NCBI GenBank assembly: GCA_001779195.1
Contig: MFJL01000026.1
Location: 3,226-67,225, forward strand
Direction of reading: 5' to 3'
Origin: Candidatus Gottesmanbacteria bacterium RIFCSPHIGHO2_02_FULL_39_11
GTDB lineage: Bacteria > Patescibacteriota > Microgenomatia > 2-02-FULL-39-11
DNA length: 64,000 nucleotides
Each line of letters opens with the position of its first letter. Position 1 is the stretch's first letter. Below are positions 8,640-17,466 of this stretch, in pieces. The notes beneath the pieces are model-generated. The model did not search any database. It was not told the origin of the DNA and saw nothing but the letters and a program-made list of their open reading frames with translations. Made by a program: the position numbers and the translations under genes.

Positions 8640-10826
8640 TCAAATTGAAATTAAATCTTTTTCTGCTCGTTTTAATAATACTGCATTTGTCGCCACAATA
8701 ATTGATGAGATACTCATAAGAAGTGCTGATATTTCAGGCCGTAATGAAATACCAAACCCAGGATATAAAATACCTGCTGCAACCGGAATTGCCAGAAGGT
8801 TATAAATCGATGCCCAAAACAGATTTTGTTTCATTTTGCGCACGGTTGCTTTGGATAATTTGATTGCTCGTAGAATATCAGCAGGATCTGATTTCATTAG
8901 GACAACTTTCGCGGTCTCAATAGCAACATCAGTACCAGCGCCAATTGCAATTCCTATATCTGCTTGTGAGAGAGCCGGAGCATCATTGACTCCATCGCCA
9001 ACCATAGCAGTAAACTTACCTTCTTTTTGTAACTTCTTAATATATGAGGCTTTGTCTTCCGGCAACACCTCAGAGAATATTCTGTCTATAGTTAATTGCT
9101 TCCCAATTGCTTCCGCAGTTTTTTTATTATCGCCTGTTATCATGGCTACTTCCAACCCCAACTCTTTCATAGCTAGGATTGCTTCTTTGGCTGTTGGTTT
9201 AATCTTATCGGCTGCTGCCGCCACGCCTGCAACTTTGCCGTCAATTGCCAAAATCATTATGGTTTTGCCCTCAGATAATAATCGGTCAATATCTTTCTGG
9301 AGTGGAGTAATATCAACTTTCCGATCATTCATGAGCTTTATGGTTCCCACAAGAACGTGCCTGCCGGAAACATACGCTTCAACGCCATGACCAGCTAAGT
9401 TTTTGAATCCCGCAACTTCACCTAGAACAAGTTTTTCTTTCTCGGCTTTTTCCAAAATAGCGTGACTTAGAGGATGACTCGATCGCTTCTCAACAGAGGC
9501 AATAAACCATAGAACCTTTTTCTCATCGTGCGATACTGATAGTATATCAATCACGGTGGGTTTGCCTTCTGTCAATGTACCCGTCTTATCAAGAACCACT
9601 GCTTGGATTTTTGATACCTGCTCAAGCGTGGGGGCATCTTTGATGAGGATATTATGTTTGGCTCCAAGACCAGTGCCTACTGCTACGGCAGTTGGAGTTG
9701 CTAGTCCAAGTGCATCCGGACAAGCAATCACGACAGTTGAAATAGCAAAGGACAGCGCAACAAGAAGTGGTTGACCCAGAATAAAAAACCAAATACCGAA
9801 TGTCAAAAGCCCACCGCCTACGGCGATTATAACAAGATATTTGGCAAACTTATCTGCTAATTTTTGCCCGGGTGCTTTTGAGTTCTGGGCAGTTTCCACC
9901 ATTTTAACAATTTGGGCAAGAGCAGTATCTTCGCCAACTTTCGTGGCTTTGAATTTGACAGAGCCGGAAGTATTGATTGAACCACCAATAACCGAATCGC
10001 CTATATTTTTAGCCACCGGAATTGACTCACCAGTAACCAGAGATTCATCAATCGCCGTCTCTCCTTCGATAATCTCGCCATCGACTGGCACTTTGTCCCC
10101 TGGTTTAAGCATAAGAATATCGCGAGACTTAACTTGTGATGTAGGTACCATTTCTTCTTTTCCATCTTTCCAAAGCCTTGCTTGGGGAGGAACGAGGTTA
10201 AATAATGCTTGGAGTGCATCGGTAGTACCCCGCCGACTTTTCATCTCCATCCAATGGCCAAAAAGCACAAAGGTAATAAGCATTACAGAGGCTTCGTAAT
10301 ACGAATCATTACTGCCTAAAATAGTTAGGACAACACTAAATCCATAGGCCGCTGTGATCCCTACCGCAATCAAAACTGCCATATTGAGAGTCTTGGCTTG
10401 AAGTGCTTTATAAGTTGAATAAAGGAAGATCCATCCGGCGTAGAAAAATACGGGTGTGGTTAACAGAAACAGAAGCCACGGTACTGGAATTGGACTTGGT
10501 AAAGTTACTCCGATAATTTTCTCCCCAAGGGGGGAATACAGGATAATGGGGATGGAAAAAAGCAGAGCGAAAAAGAATTTATTTCGGATATCTTCTTCCA
10601 TCAACTTTGCCATTTCACGACCTGCCAATCCTCCGTGCTCCATCCCCATACTCATCGTCATACTCATCTTTAATTTTTCCCATGATGACATCCCAGAAGT
10701 AGGCTTCATGACATGTCCAGCTTCTAATTTCTCACTTCTGGCTTCCAGTTCCATCCCGCATTTAGGACATGAACCAGGAATATCTGAAGAAATTTCAGGA
10801 TGCATCGGACACGTATATTTTTGCAT
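8640..10826 (-). CDS. Copper-type P1B ATPase with CPD motif and N-terminal CPMHP domain
   Basis: YTCPMHP...CPKCGM, Met/His-rich linker, ACPDALGLATP, DKTGT, SSHPL, YN, MSISS. Confidence 0.9.
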   Translation of the reverse strand: MQKYTCPMHPEISSDIPGSCPKCGMELEARSEKLEAGHVMKPTSGMSSWEKLKMSMTMSMGMEHGGLAGREMAKLMEEDIRNKFFFALLFSIPIILYSPLGEKIIGVTLPSPIPVPWLLFLLTTPVFFYAGWIFLYSTYKALQAKTLNMAVLIAVGITAAYGFSVVLTILGSNDSYYEASVMLITFVLFGHWMEMKSRRGTTDALQALFNLVPPQARLWKDGKEEMVPTSQVKSRDILMLKPGDKVPVDGEIIEGETAIDESLVTGESIPVAKNIGDSVIGGSINTSGSVKFKATKVGEDTALAQIVKMVETAQNSKAPGQKLADKFAKYLVIIAVGGGLLTFGIWFFILGQPLLVALSFAISTVVIACPDALGLATPTAVAVGTGLGAKHNILIKDAPTLEQVSKIQAVVLDKTGTLTEGKPTVIDILSVSHDEKKVLWFIASVEKRSSHPLSHAILEKAEKEKLVLGEVAGFKNLAGHGVEAYVSGRHVLVGTIKLMNDRKVDITPLQKDIDRLLSEGKTIMILAIDGKVAGVAAAADKIKPTAKEAILAMKELGLEVAMITGDNKKTAEAIGKQLTIDRIFSEVLPEDKASYIKKLQKEGKFTAMVGDGVNDAPALSQADIGIAIGAGTDVAIETAKVVLMKSDPADILRAIKLSKATVRKMKQNLFWASIYNLLAIPVAAGILYPGFGISLRPEISALLMSISSIIVATNAVLLKRAEKDLISI

Positions 10827-10872
10827 AGCAATTCTATTCTACCTTTTGGTTTCTGCGCTCATCATGGATAGA

Positions 10873-11487
10873 CTATGTGAAACTATGTTTATATGATTCT
10901 GCAATAACTTGAACAGACGATTGGATGATAAGAAATGATATACCCAGTCCGACAAAAATATCCGGCCAGGCGGAATTAAAATAGGAAACTAATAATCCTG
11001 CACCAATAACTGCCACATTTGCCGTCACATCGTTTCTGGAACATATCCATGCTGACTTAACATTAATATCTTCTTTCCGATGCTTCATCAACAAAAGAAA
11101 ACTCACCAGGTTAGCAATCAACGCAACCACTCCTAAAAGGGTAATTGTTTCTGCTTGAGGTAGTGTCGGCACAATAATTCTAAGGATACTTTTATAGACA
11201 ACAAAAAATCCCAACAATAGCATAATTAACCCTTTGATAAGGGACGCCTTTGCCCGTAGGTTTGATGATTTATTCATTACGAGCAAACTTACTCCATAAA
11301 CCGAGGCATCTCCCAACATATCCAGCGAGTCACCCAGAAGCGCGTTTGAGGATGCGAGAATTCCGCCAATAAATTCGGCTATGAACATCACGAAATTAAT
11401 AGCCAAAACAATGATAAAAATTTGCTTCAGCTCTTTCTTTTTGGCTAGATCGAGTTCTTTGTTATCAAACTCACAACAGTCAGACAT
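10873..11487 (-). CDS. Cation diffusion facilitator (short, no C-terminal domain)
   Basis: LLGDSLDMLGD, SAWICSRND, WPD; N-terminal CC. Confidence 0.85.
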   Translation of the reverse strand: MSDCCEFDNKELDLAKKKELKQIFIIVLAINFVMFIAEFIGGILASSNALLGDSLDMLGDASVYGVSLLVMNKSSNLRAKASLIKGLIMLLLGFFVVYKSILRIIVPTLPQAETITLLGVVALIANLVSFLLLMKHRKEDINVKSAWICSRNDVTANVAVIGAGLLVSYFNSAWPDIFVGLGISFLIIQSSVQVIAESYKHSFT

Positions 11488-11606
11488 ATAAATTCCTCAG
11501 GACACATAGGGCATATATATATAATTCCACAGTAATTTTATTATACCTTAGAGGATTTAAGGATTTTGCTGATTCTTGGGTAGAGAATAGGACACTTTCC
11601 ATATTT

Positions 11607-12269
11607 TTACAATTTTTTACTGGTTATACGTTTATTAAATACTTCTGCTGAAATCATTTTTACTGATGGGAAAAAGCCGGGTGTTTCTTTTTGATAGCGA
11701 ATGTATGCATCGCCAAACATTTTAATCATCTCCCTCTCTTCAACTCGCGCAAGCCGGATATATCGGAAAATAAGGATCGGGGCCATGAACAAGGTAATAA
11801 GAGTTGGCCATTGAATGAGAAAGCCAAAAATAATCAAAATAAATGCAAGATATTGCGGATGACGAATATAGTTATAGACACCCCCAATCGCGAGCCGTTG
11901 TTGTTTTTGGGCTTTATATAATACTTCCCATGCTTTACCCAGAAGGACAAGTCCGCCGATAATTAAAGCGTAGCTTGTAATATGCAGAATATTAAAATGT
12001 GGATCCCCGCCAAGACCTAACAAAGTATTAAGGATGTGGCCGTTATTATGAGTAAAATCCAAACCTATTTTGTTGCCAAAAAATGAAGTCAACAAGTAGA
12101 TAGTCAGAGGAAATCCGTACATCTCGGCAAACAGGGCAACGATGAATGCCCCAAGAATCTTGTACGTCCTCCAGTCTGTATTTGTCCTCGGCTTGAAAGC
12201 GCTCTTAATGAAATAGAGAAAAAGAATGATATTGAATATTACGAGAAACCAGTTTCCGTAGTCGTACAT
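11607..12269 (-). CDS. Isoprenylcysteine carboxyl methyltransferase (ICMT/PEMT) family membrane protein
   Basis: ALFAEMYGFPLT, YIRHPQY, EE motif; start moved to ATG 12269, 8 nt after a TACACT -10. Confidence 0.85.
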   Translation of the reverse strand: MYDYGNWFLVIFNIILFLYFIKSAFKPRTNTDWRTYKILGAFIVALFAEMYGFPLTIYLLTSFFGNKIGLDFTHNNGHILNTLLGLGGDPHFNILHITSYALIIGGLVLLGKAWEVLYKAQKQQRLAIGGVYNYIRHPQYLAFILIIFGFLIQWPTLITLFMAPILIFRYIRLARVEEREMIKMFGDAYIRYQKETPGFFPSVKMISAEVFNKRITSKKL

Positions 12270-12277
12270 ATAAGGAA

Positions 12278-12310
12278 AGTGTAACAAAGAATAGATTAAG
12301 AAATCGTGAG
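12278..12310 (-). promoter_or_regulatory. Response-regulator box + -10 promoter
   Basis: Minus strand CTCAC-GATTT-CTTAAT, 11 nt, TACACT. Confidence 0.65.
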
Positions 12311-12334
12311 ATTATTATCCAGTATTAATCAGGG

Positions 12335-12372
12335 TTGAACTTTTTGCTTCCAATTACTACAATTAGTAGTAA
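12335..12372 (+). promoter_or_regulatory. Sigma70 promoter with overlapping BlaI-type operator
   Basis: TTGAAC-N17-TACAAT; palindrome TTACTAC-AATTA-GTAGTAA at 12354-12372. Confidence 0.8.
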
Positions 12373-12377
12373 CCTAT

Positions 12378-12758
12378 ATGTTTCAAAAAACACTAAGCCC
12401 TCTGGAACAAGAGATTATGACTATTGTTTGGGAACTGAAGAAGTGCTCTGTTCGGGATGTTATGGAGCAACTTAACCGGGAGAAAAAACTTGCGTATACA
12501 ACGGTTGCCACACTGCTTCAGCGCTTGTTTGAAAAGGGTCTTGTCCAGAGAGGCAGTCGAGGTACAGTACTTTCCTACATACCTAAAGTTTCCAAGGAAC
12601 TATACAGCAAAAGAACGGCTAAGTCGTTTATGCGAACGTTTGTGTCTTCTTTTGGGGAAACAGCTATCGCTTCGTTTGCCGAGTCTATTGACAAACTGCC
12701 AAAGGACAAAAAGGATTATTTGTTGCAGCTGTTGGAAAAACAAAATGAGGATAAATAA
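12378..12758 (+). CDS. BlaI/MecI/CopY family repressor
   Basis: LSPLEQEIMTIVW, LAYTTVATLLQRLFEKG; no C-terminal CopY Cys motif. Confidence 0.9.
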   Translation: MFQKTLSPLEQEIMTIVWELKKCSVRDVMEQLNREKKLAYTTVATLLQRLFEKGLVQRGSRGTVLSYIPKVSKELYSKRTAKSFMRTFVSSFGETAIASFAESIDKLPKDKKDYLLQLLEKQNEDK

Positions 12759-13731
12759 GCATTTGTTCATTTTTTCAAGTTTATTATTTCTTCTGACTGC
12801 GAGTTATTTTTTTGTTTTAGTGAAGTTTTTTCCACTACTGGTACACCATACCTTTTATTACTGTCAAGAAATGGCAAAGGTAATATCTTTGAGCCTTCCG
12901 GGGAACTGGGGAGTTGTTGTCTTTGGGATATTAATTATTTCGGTTCTTTACACCGCATTCAAATTATTTGCTACCATCGTTCAAGTTTATAAGTTTCGTC
13001 AGTTGTTGTCCCGATCCATTGTCAAGAATCATGAACTTTCAGATATTTTCAAATCTCTCAAGCTTGTAGATAAAGTGGTCGTATTACATGAAACTAAGCC
13101 ATTTGCATATTGTTTTGGAGTAAGAAACCCAAAAATCTTTATTACTATTGGTTTAATTGCAATGGTTAATAGAAAGGAACTTGAGGTTATTTTACGCCAC
13201 GAAAAGTATCATCTGGAACATCGGGATAACCTAATTTTACTGGTAGCAACATTTATTGAGTCTCTATTCCCTTTTTTCCCAATACTTACGGACCTTATCC
13301 GTATTTACAAGACAGATCGGGAATTACTAGCAGATCAGGCTGCTATCCATAGAGAAGCAGATAAACATTCCCTTTCGTCTATTTTGAAAAAACTCCTTCA
13401 ATATGAACCCGTAACACTACCTGCATTGGCTCCCGCAATTGCTGATGTTGATACACTTGAGACTCGTATAAAATCATTGCTTTCAATTAAAGTAGATTAT
13501 CCTAAGCTAGGAAAAAGAAATTCGCTTCTCAGTATAATTTCCATTGCCGCACTCATGGCGCTTATGAGAACTTCTGTACATGCAGTAGAACTTCATAGGG
13601 ACGGCTTGGATATAATGATAGTCTGTAATGGAAATGTCAGCTGCGAATCTGTCTGTAAAGACCGCAACTTGATCAAATCGCAAAGTATCAGCTCTTCGTA
13701 CACTTCTAAAAACTTCTCCGCAAACAACTGA
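12745..13731 (+). CDS. BlaR1-like M56 membrane metallopeptidase without penicillin-binding domain
   Basis: AYCFG..P, ILRHEKYH, ELLAD; start moved to ATG 12745 overlapping the blaI stop; Cys-rich C-terminus. Confidence 0.85.
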   Translation: MRINKHLFIFSSLLFLLTASYFFVLVKFFPLLVHHTFYYCQEMAKVISLSLPGNWGVVVFGILIISVLYTAFKLFATIVQVYKFRQLLSRSIVKNHELSDIFKSLKLVDKVVVLHETKPFAYCFGVRNPKIFITIGLIAMVNRKELEVILRHEKYHLEHRDNLILLVATFIESLFPFFPILTDLIRIYKTDRELLADQAAIHREADKHSLSSILKKLLQYEPVTLPALAPAIADVDTLETRIKSLLSIKVDYPKLGKRNSLLSIISIAALMALMRTSVHAVELHRDGLDIMIVCNGNVSCESVCKDRNLIKSQSISSSYTSKNFSANN

Positions 13732-13742
13732 TATTTTATCTG

Positions 13743-13781
13743 TTGACAAATGGTTAATATACCTACTACACTTTGTAGTAG
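13743..13781 (+). promoter_or_regulatory. Sigma70 promoter with overlapping BlaI-type operator
   Basis: TTGACA-N18-TACACT; palindrome CTACTAC-ACTTT-GTAGTAG at 13763-13781. Confidence 0.8.
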
Positions 13782-13801
13782 ATTCTAACTATTTTTATTT
13801 T

Positions 13802-14566
13802 ATGCCGGAAAACTTATCCACTCTGAAAATAAACACAGTGTTTGCGGGATTTTTAATCGTTGCTTCATTTATCATTGGTTCTTTATGGACAAAAGTGCAG
13901 TATCTCGAGAAGGGAGCTTCACAACCTGCGCTGGCTGCCGATAACCCAAGTGCCGATGTGCCTGCTCCAATTGTCGCTCCAGGGGATAATGGTGAGCCGG
14001 TAAAAGTATCAATTGATGACGATCCTGTATTGGGAGATAAGAACGCAAAAGTGACATTGATAGATTTTTCAGATTACGAATGTCCTTTTTGTAAACGACA
14101 TTTCGATGAAGTCTATCCACAACTGAAGAAAGACTATATTGATACGGGAAAAGTCAAAATGGTTTTTCGCGACCTTCCTTTGAGCTTTCATCAAAATGCT
14201 CCCAAAGAGGCTGAGGCCGCTGAGTGTGCAAGAAAACAAGGCGGTGACCAGATGTACTACAAGTACCACGACCAAATCTTTACCAAAACCACTTCCAACG
14301 GAACAGGCTTAGCTCTTGACCAGCTACCAGTTATAGCCAAAGACTTAGGGCTGAATATAGGTCAGTTTCAACAGTGTCTTGATTCCGGCGAATTTAAAGC
14401 GGAAGTCGATAAAGACTTAGCCGATGCAGCTAAAGTCGGGGCTAGTGGTACACCTACGTTTTTTATCGGTAAATCAACAAGCAATGGCGAGATAGACGGC
14501 ATCAAGGTGGTTGGAGCACAACCGTACAGCGCTTTTAAGACAATTATTGATGAAAAATTGAAATAA
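13802..14566 (+). CDS. dsbA: DsbA-family thiol:disulfide oxidoreductase
   Basis: FSDYECPFC, GTPTFFIG, GAQPY; N-terminal TM. Confidence 0.9.
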   Translation: MPENLSTLKINTVFAGFLIVASFIIGSLWTKVQYLEKGASQPALAADNPSADVPAPIVAPGDNGEPVKVSIDDDPVLGDKNAKVTLIDFSDYECPFCKRHFDEVYPQLKKDYIDTGKVKMVFRDLPLSFHQNAPKEAEAAECARKQGGDQMYYKYHDQIFTKTTSNGTGLALDQLPVIAKDLGLNIGQFQQCLDSGEFKAEVDKDLADAAKVGASGTPTFFIGKSTSNGEIDGIKVVGAQPYSAFKTIIDEKLK

Positions 14567-14573
14567 TATATGT

Positions 14574-15089
14574 ATGGACAAATCAATCTTTTCCAGTCGA
14601 CTGCTTTTGCCTACAGTAATAATTTCTAGCCTCTATCTTTTAATAACAATACTTCTTATGAATCGCAGTTTAACTGTTGATACACTTTTTGGAACATACT
14701 CTCTTGACTACAAAGGTCAAATAATTATTTCACTTATAAGCGGTATGTGGACTTCGATGACTGACATGGGTTTGTTTCTTCTTGTGATAGCTTCGGTGCT
14801 TACCGGTCTTAACATTTCCCTTTTAGTAGATCGCTTGAACAAGTTAAAAAAGTTAGCGAAGCTTCATTTAGTGGTTGGAGGAAGTTCAATTCTGGGAATA
14901 GTAGGAAGCGGTTGTGCGGCCTGTGGATTGCCAATTCTAGCCCTTCTGGGATTAAGCGGAAGTGCTGCATATTTGCCTCTGAGGGGCATGGAACTGTCGT
15001 ACTTTTCTGTCTTAATATTATTATTTTCTTTTTATTTTTTGGTTAAAACTGATACCCGTCAATCTTGTACTATTAATGTAAATAAATAA
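14574..15089 (+). CDS. 4-TM membrane protein with GCAACG motif
   Basis: Hydrophobic segments and a membrane CxxC; follows dsbA. Confidence 0.7.
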   Translation: MDKSIFSSRLLLPTVIISSLYLLITILLMNRSLTVDTLFGTYSLDYKGQIIISLISGMWTSMTDMGLFLLVIASVLTGLNISLLVDRLNKLKKLAKLHLVVGGSSILGIVGSGCAACGLPILALLGLSGSAAYLPLRGMELSYFSVLILLFSFYFLVKTDTRQSCTINVNK

Positions 15090-15097
15090 ACGTCTAT

Positions 15098-16165
15098 ATG
15101 GATACAGAATTTTTACTCAAAAATAAATATGTTTTAGTTGTTCTGACAGTAGTCTTTTTGGCTGTTGTCTTTTTCCAAATAAATAAATCAAAAAGTGGCG
15201 TAACACTCAAAAACACTCCGGCGCAGTTATCGATATCAGGGGAGAATGAAACCGCACTTAAGGCTATGGAAGCGATTCCACAAGATAATGTCCCTATGGC
15301 AACAGAAAAACAAGGCCTTCAGGAATTGCCATTTAAAGTGGAAAACGGTGAGAAAGTTTTTAATCTGACTACCCAACCGGTGAAGTGGAATATTTTAAAA
15401 GATGTTACGGTGACGGCTTGGGCATACAATGGAATGATTCCCGGACCGCTCATCCGTGTAACTGAGGGGGACAAAGTGAAAATTTTAGTCAAAAATAATT
15501 TGTCTGAGCCTACCACTATCCATTGGCACGGGATTCAAGTTCCTAATAATATGGATGGTATCCCCGATGAGACGCAAAAACCCATTGCTCCGACAGAAAC
15601 ATTTACCTATGAATTCATAGCAAAGCCGGCTGGTACTTATTGGTACCATTCCCACTATGATAGCGATAAGCAAATCTCGGTGGGGCTCTCCGGTGCCTTT
15701 ATTATAGAACCGAAAGGTGGACTAGCCTCAAAGCCGGATATCGACAAAATTCTTATGCTTAATGAATGGCGTGTCATTGATGATCAAACCTATGCTGCTA
15801 TGCCGGCAACGGGAATGGATGGCAACTTCTTTACCATTAACGGTAAAGCATTCCCTGAGACTGAAACGCTGAATGTTAAGATTGGCCAGAAGGTGAGATT
15901 GCGCTTTATAGGAAGCGGCCAGATGATCCACCCGATGCATTTGCATGGATTCCCCTTTAAAATAGTGGCAACTGACGGCAACGATGTGCTGGAATCTGCC
16001 CAATGGATAAAGGATACCGTCTCGGTGGCTCCCGGTGAGCGGTATGATGTCGAATTTACACCTGATCGGCCAGGCAAATGGATGCTGCATTGTCATATAC
16101 CCCATCACACGACTAACGAACATGTTGAGCCCGGTGGGCTTATGATGATTGTTAATGTTACTTAA
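15098..16165 (+). CDS. Two-domain multicopper oxidase
   Basis: IHWHG, YWYHSH, HPMHLHG, HCHIPHH..GGLM. Confidence 0.92.
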   Translation: MDTEFLLKNKYVLVVLTVVFLAVVFFQINKSKSGVTLKNTPAQLSISGENETALKAMEAIPQDNVPMATEKQGLQELPFKVENGEKVFNLTTQPVKWNILKDVTVTAWAYNGMIPGPLIRVTEGDKVKILVKNNLSEPTTIHWHGIQVPNNMDGIPDETQKPIAPTETFTYEFIAKPAGTYWYHSHYDSDKQISVGLSGAFIIEPKGGLASKPDIDKILMLNEWRVIDDQTYAAMPATGMDGNFFTINGKAFPETETLNVKIGQKVRLRFIGSGQMIHPMHLHGFPFKIVATDGNDVLESAQWIKDTVSVAPGERYDVEFTPDRPGKWMLHCHIPHHTTNEHVEPGGLMMIVNVT

Positions 16166-16185
16166 TTTATTTATAAAGAGGACTT

Positions 16186-16596
16186 ATGAACAATAAAAAT
16201 CTACTCGTTGTGTTAGCAATTGCAGTTGGTGTTCTAGTAATACTCGGATTCAAATTGATGAATACTTCCGGTTCAAGTTCACCATCAAATAATGGAAGAA
16301 ACGCACAGGTGAGTTTAACCACTGATCCAGACCCGCTTAAAATGGGACAGGCAACCTTTATTATTGACGTTAAAGATCAGACCGGCAAGCCAGTCGATAA
16401 TGCGACGGTATTTTTCGATCTCAATATGACCGCTATGAACATGGGAACCCAACAGGGAAACGCCACTTCCCAGGGTAATGGTAGGTACGCAGCCTCCGGA
16501 AGGATGAGCATGCGCGGTCCCTGGAAAGTGACAACAAAAGTCACTATGCCGGACAGTAGTGTTGTGAATAAAGATTTTACAGTCAATGTTCCTTAA
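16186..16596 (+). CDS. FixH/YtkA-like membrane-anchored protein
   Basis: N-terminal TM, MTAMNMG, GRY, SMRGPW. Confidence 0.7.
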   Translation: MNNKNLLVVLAIAVGVLVILGFKLMNTSGSSSPSNNGRNAQVSLTTDPDPLKMGQATFIIDVKDQTGKPVDNATVFFDLNMTAMNMGTQQGNATSQGNGRYAASGRMSMRGPWKVTTKVTMPDSSVVNKDFTVNVP

Positions 16597-16632
16597 ATTG
16601 TGGTTCGGGATATTGATCCGGTTATCCATCTC

Positions 16633-16905
16633 TTACTTATTCTTAAGAAGATGGTTATATATAAAAGCAAAGATATATCCGGTAATCCATGCAGATACTG
16701 TAAATGTAACCAGACCCCACAACATCGTACCTATCTCAGGCGGAGATCCCCTCCATATCTGAGATAGATCTGCCCCATGTGCCCACGAAATAGCAATACT
16801 TTTGTATAAGTCAGGAGCAATATAGATAAGTGAAGCACAGACTATATAGTAAGCTCCGGCCATTATTGCTAAACTATGTGCAGCAACTTTTTCATTTAAC
16901 TTCAT
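16633..16905 (-). CDS. Two-TM protein (DUF5676-like)
   Basis: YIVC, SWAHG, FIYN pattern. Confidence 0.65.
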   Translation of the reverse strand: MKLNEKVAAHSLAIMAGAYYIVCASLIYIAPDLYKSIAISWAHGADLSQIWRGSPPEIGTMLWGLVTFTVSAWITGYIFAFIYNHLLKNK

Positions 16906-16959
16906 AAATAATCACCCCCTCTTTATATATCATACGTAATTTCATGTCTTTAGTTATTT

Positions 16960-17173
16960 ATACATTATTTATTATGGCAACAATATGCCTCCTCTATTCT
17001 GACAACATTTTCCGTGACGGCGATAATACCAAAGATAGAAATATTTTATTCCTGCCTTCTTCCCTTAAAATCAAAAGATAACCTGAAGAAATCAGAAAAA
17101 AAAGAAGAGTTCCGCAGCAAAAAAGATGAAGTGCCAAAAATGGCAATATTCCGGTAATAACTTTTTTCATCAT
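16960..17173 (-). pseudogene. Disrupted small CC-motif membrane protein (MerT/MerF-like)
   Basis: ORF 17173-16994 MMKKVITGILPFLALHLFCCGTLLFFLISSG...; another frame continues WYYRRHGKCCQNRG. Confidence 0.5.
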
Positions 17174-17182
17174 TAAACCCCG

Positions 17183-17401
17183 TTAATGTTTGTGACCGCC
17201 GTCCTTCATCATCCAAATGTGCATTAACGGACAAGCCAGAAGTACTGCTCCAAAGAATACCGTACTTACCGGGATTCGAAAAATAGTCACCGCTACAACC
17301 GCCAAAGCTATTAGTCCTAAACACATACCGAGCCACCTTAGAGATGAGTCTTGAGCCTTAACAGCAGAAAATGTACTCGAATGATCATTATGGTTTTCCA
17401 T
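17183..17401 (-). CDS. DUF2933-like small membrane protein
   Basis: LLACPLMHIWMM..GGHKH; AAGGAGG SD. Confidence 0.8.
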   Translation of the reverse strand: MENHNDHSSTFSAVKAQDSSLRWLGMCLGLIALAVVAVTIFRIPVSTVFFGAVLLACPLMHIWMMKDGGHKH

Positions 17402-17422
17402 ATTTTCACCTCCTTTTACTGC

Positions 17423-17465
17423 ATTATAGAAATCAGATTATGAAGATTTCGTTAATTATGTGAAG
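17423..17465 (-). promoter_or_regulatory. Response-regulator box + -10 promoter
   Basis: Minus strand TTAAC-GAAAT-CTTCAT, 11 nt, TATAAT; extra half-site CTTCAC upstream. Confidence 0.6.
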
Positions 17466-17466
17466 T

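Noticed and set aside
3605-10896. Long antisense ORFs inside the ATPases (e.g. 8836-9390, 9841-10299)
   Set aside because: Codon-mirror shadows of conserved genes with no recognisable motifs; same for similar ORFs in secD and ilv genes.
12457-12744. N-terminal 96 aa of the 424-aa ORF
   Set aside because: Out-of-frame overlap with blaI; real start is ATG 12745.
12354-13781. CopY cop-box interpretation of the operators
   Set aside because: Spacing is TACTAC-N5-GTAGTA rather than TACA-NN-TGTA, and the repressor lacks CopY Cys ligands.
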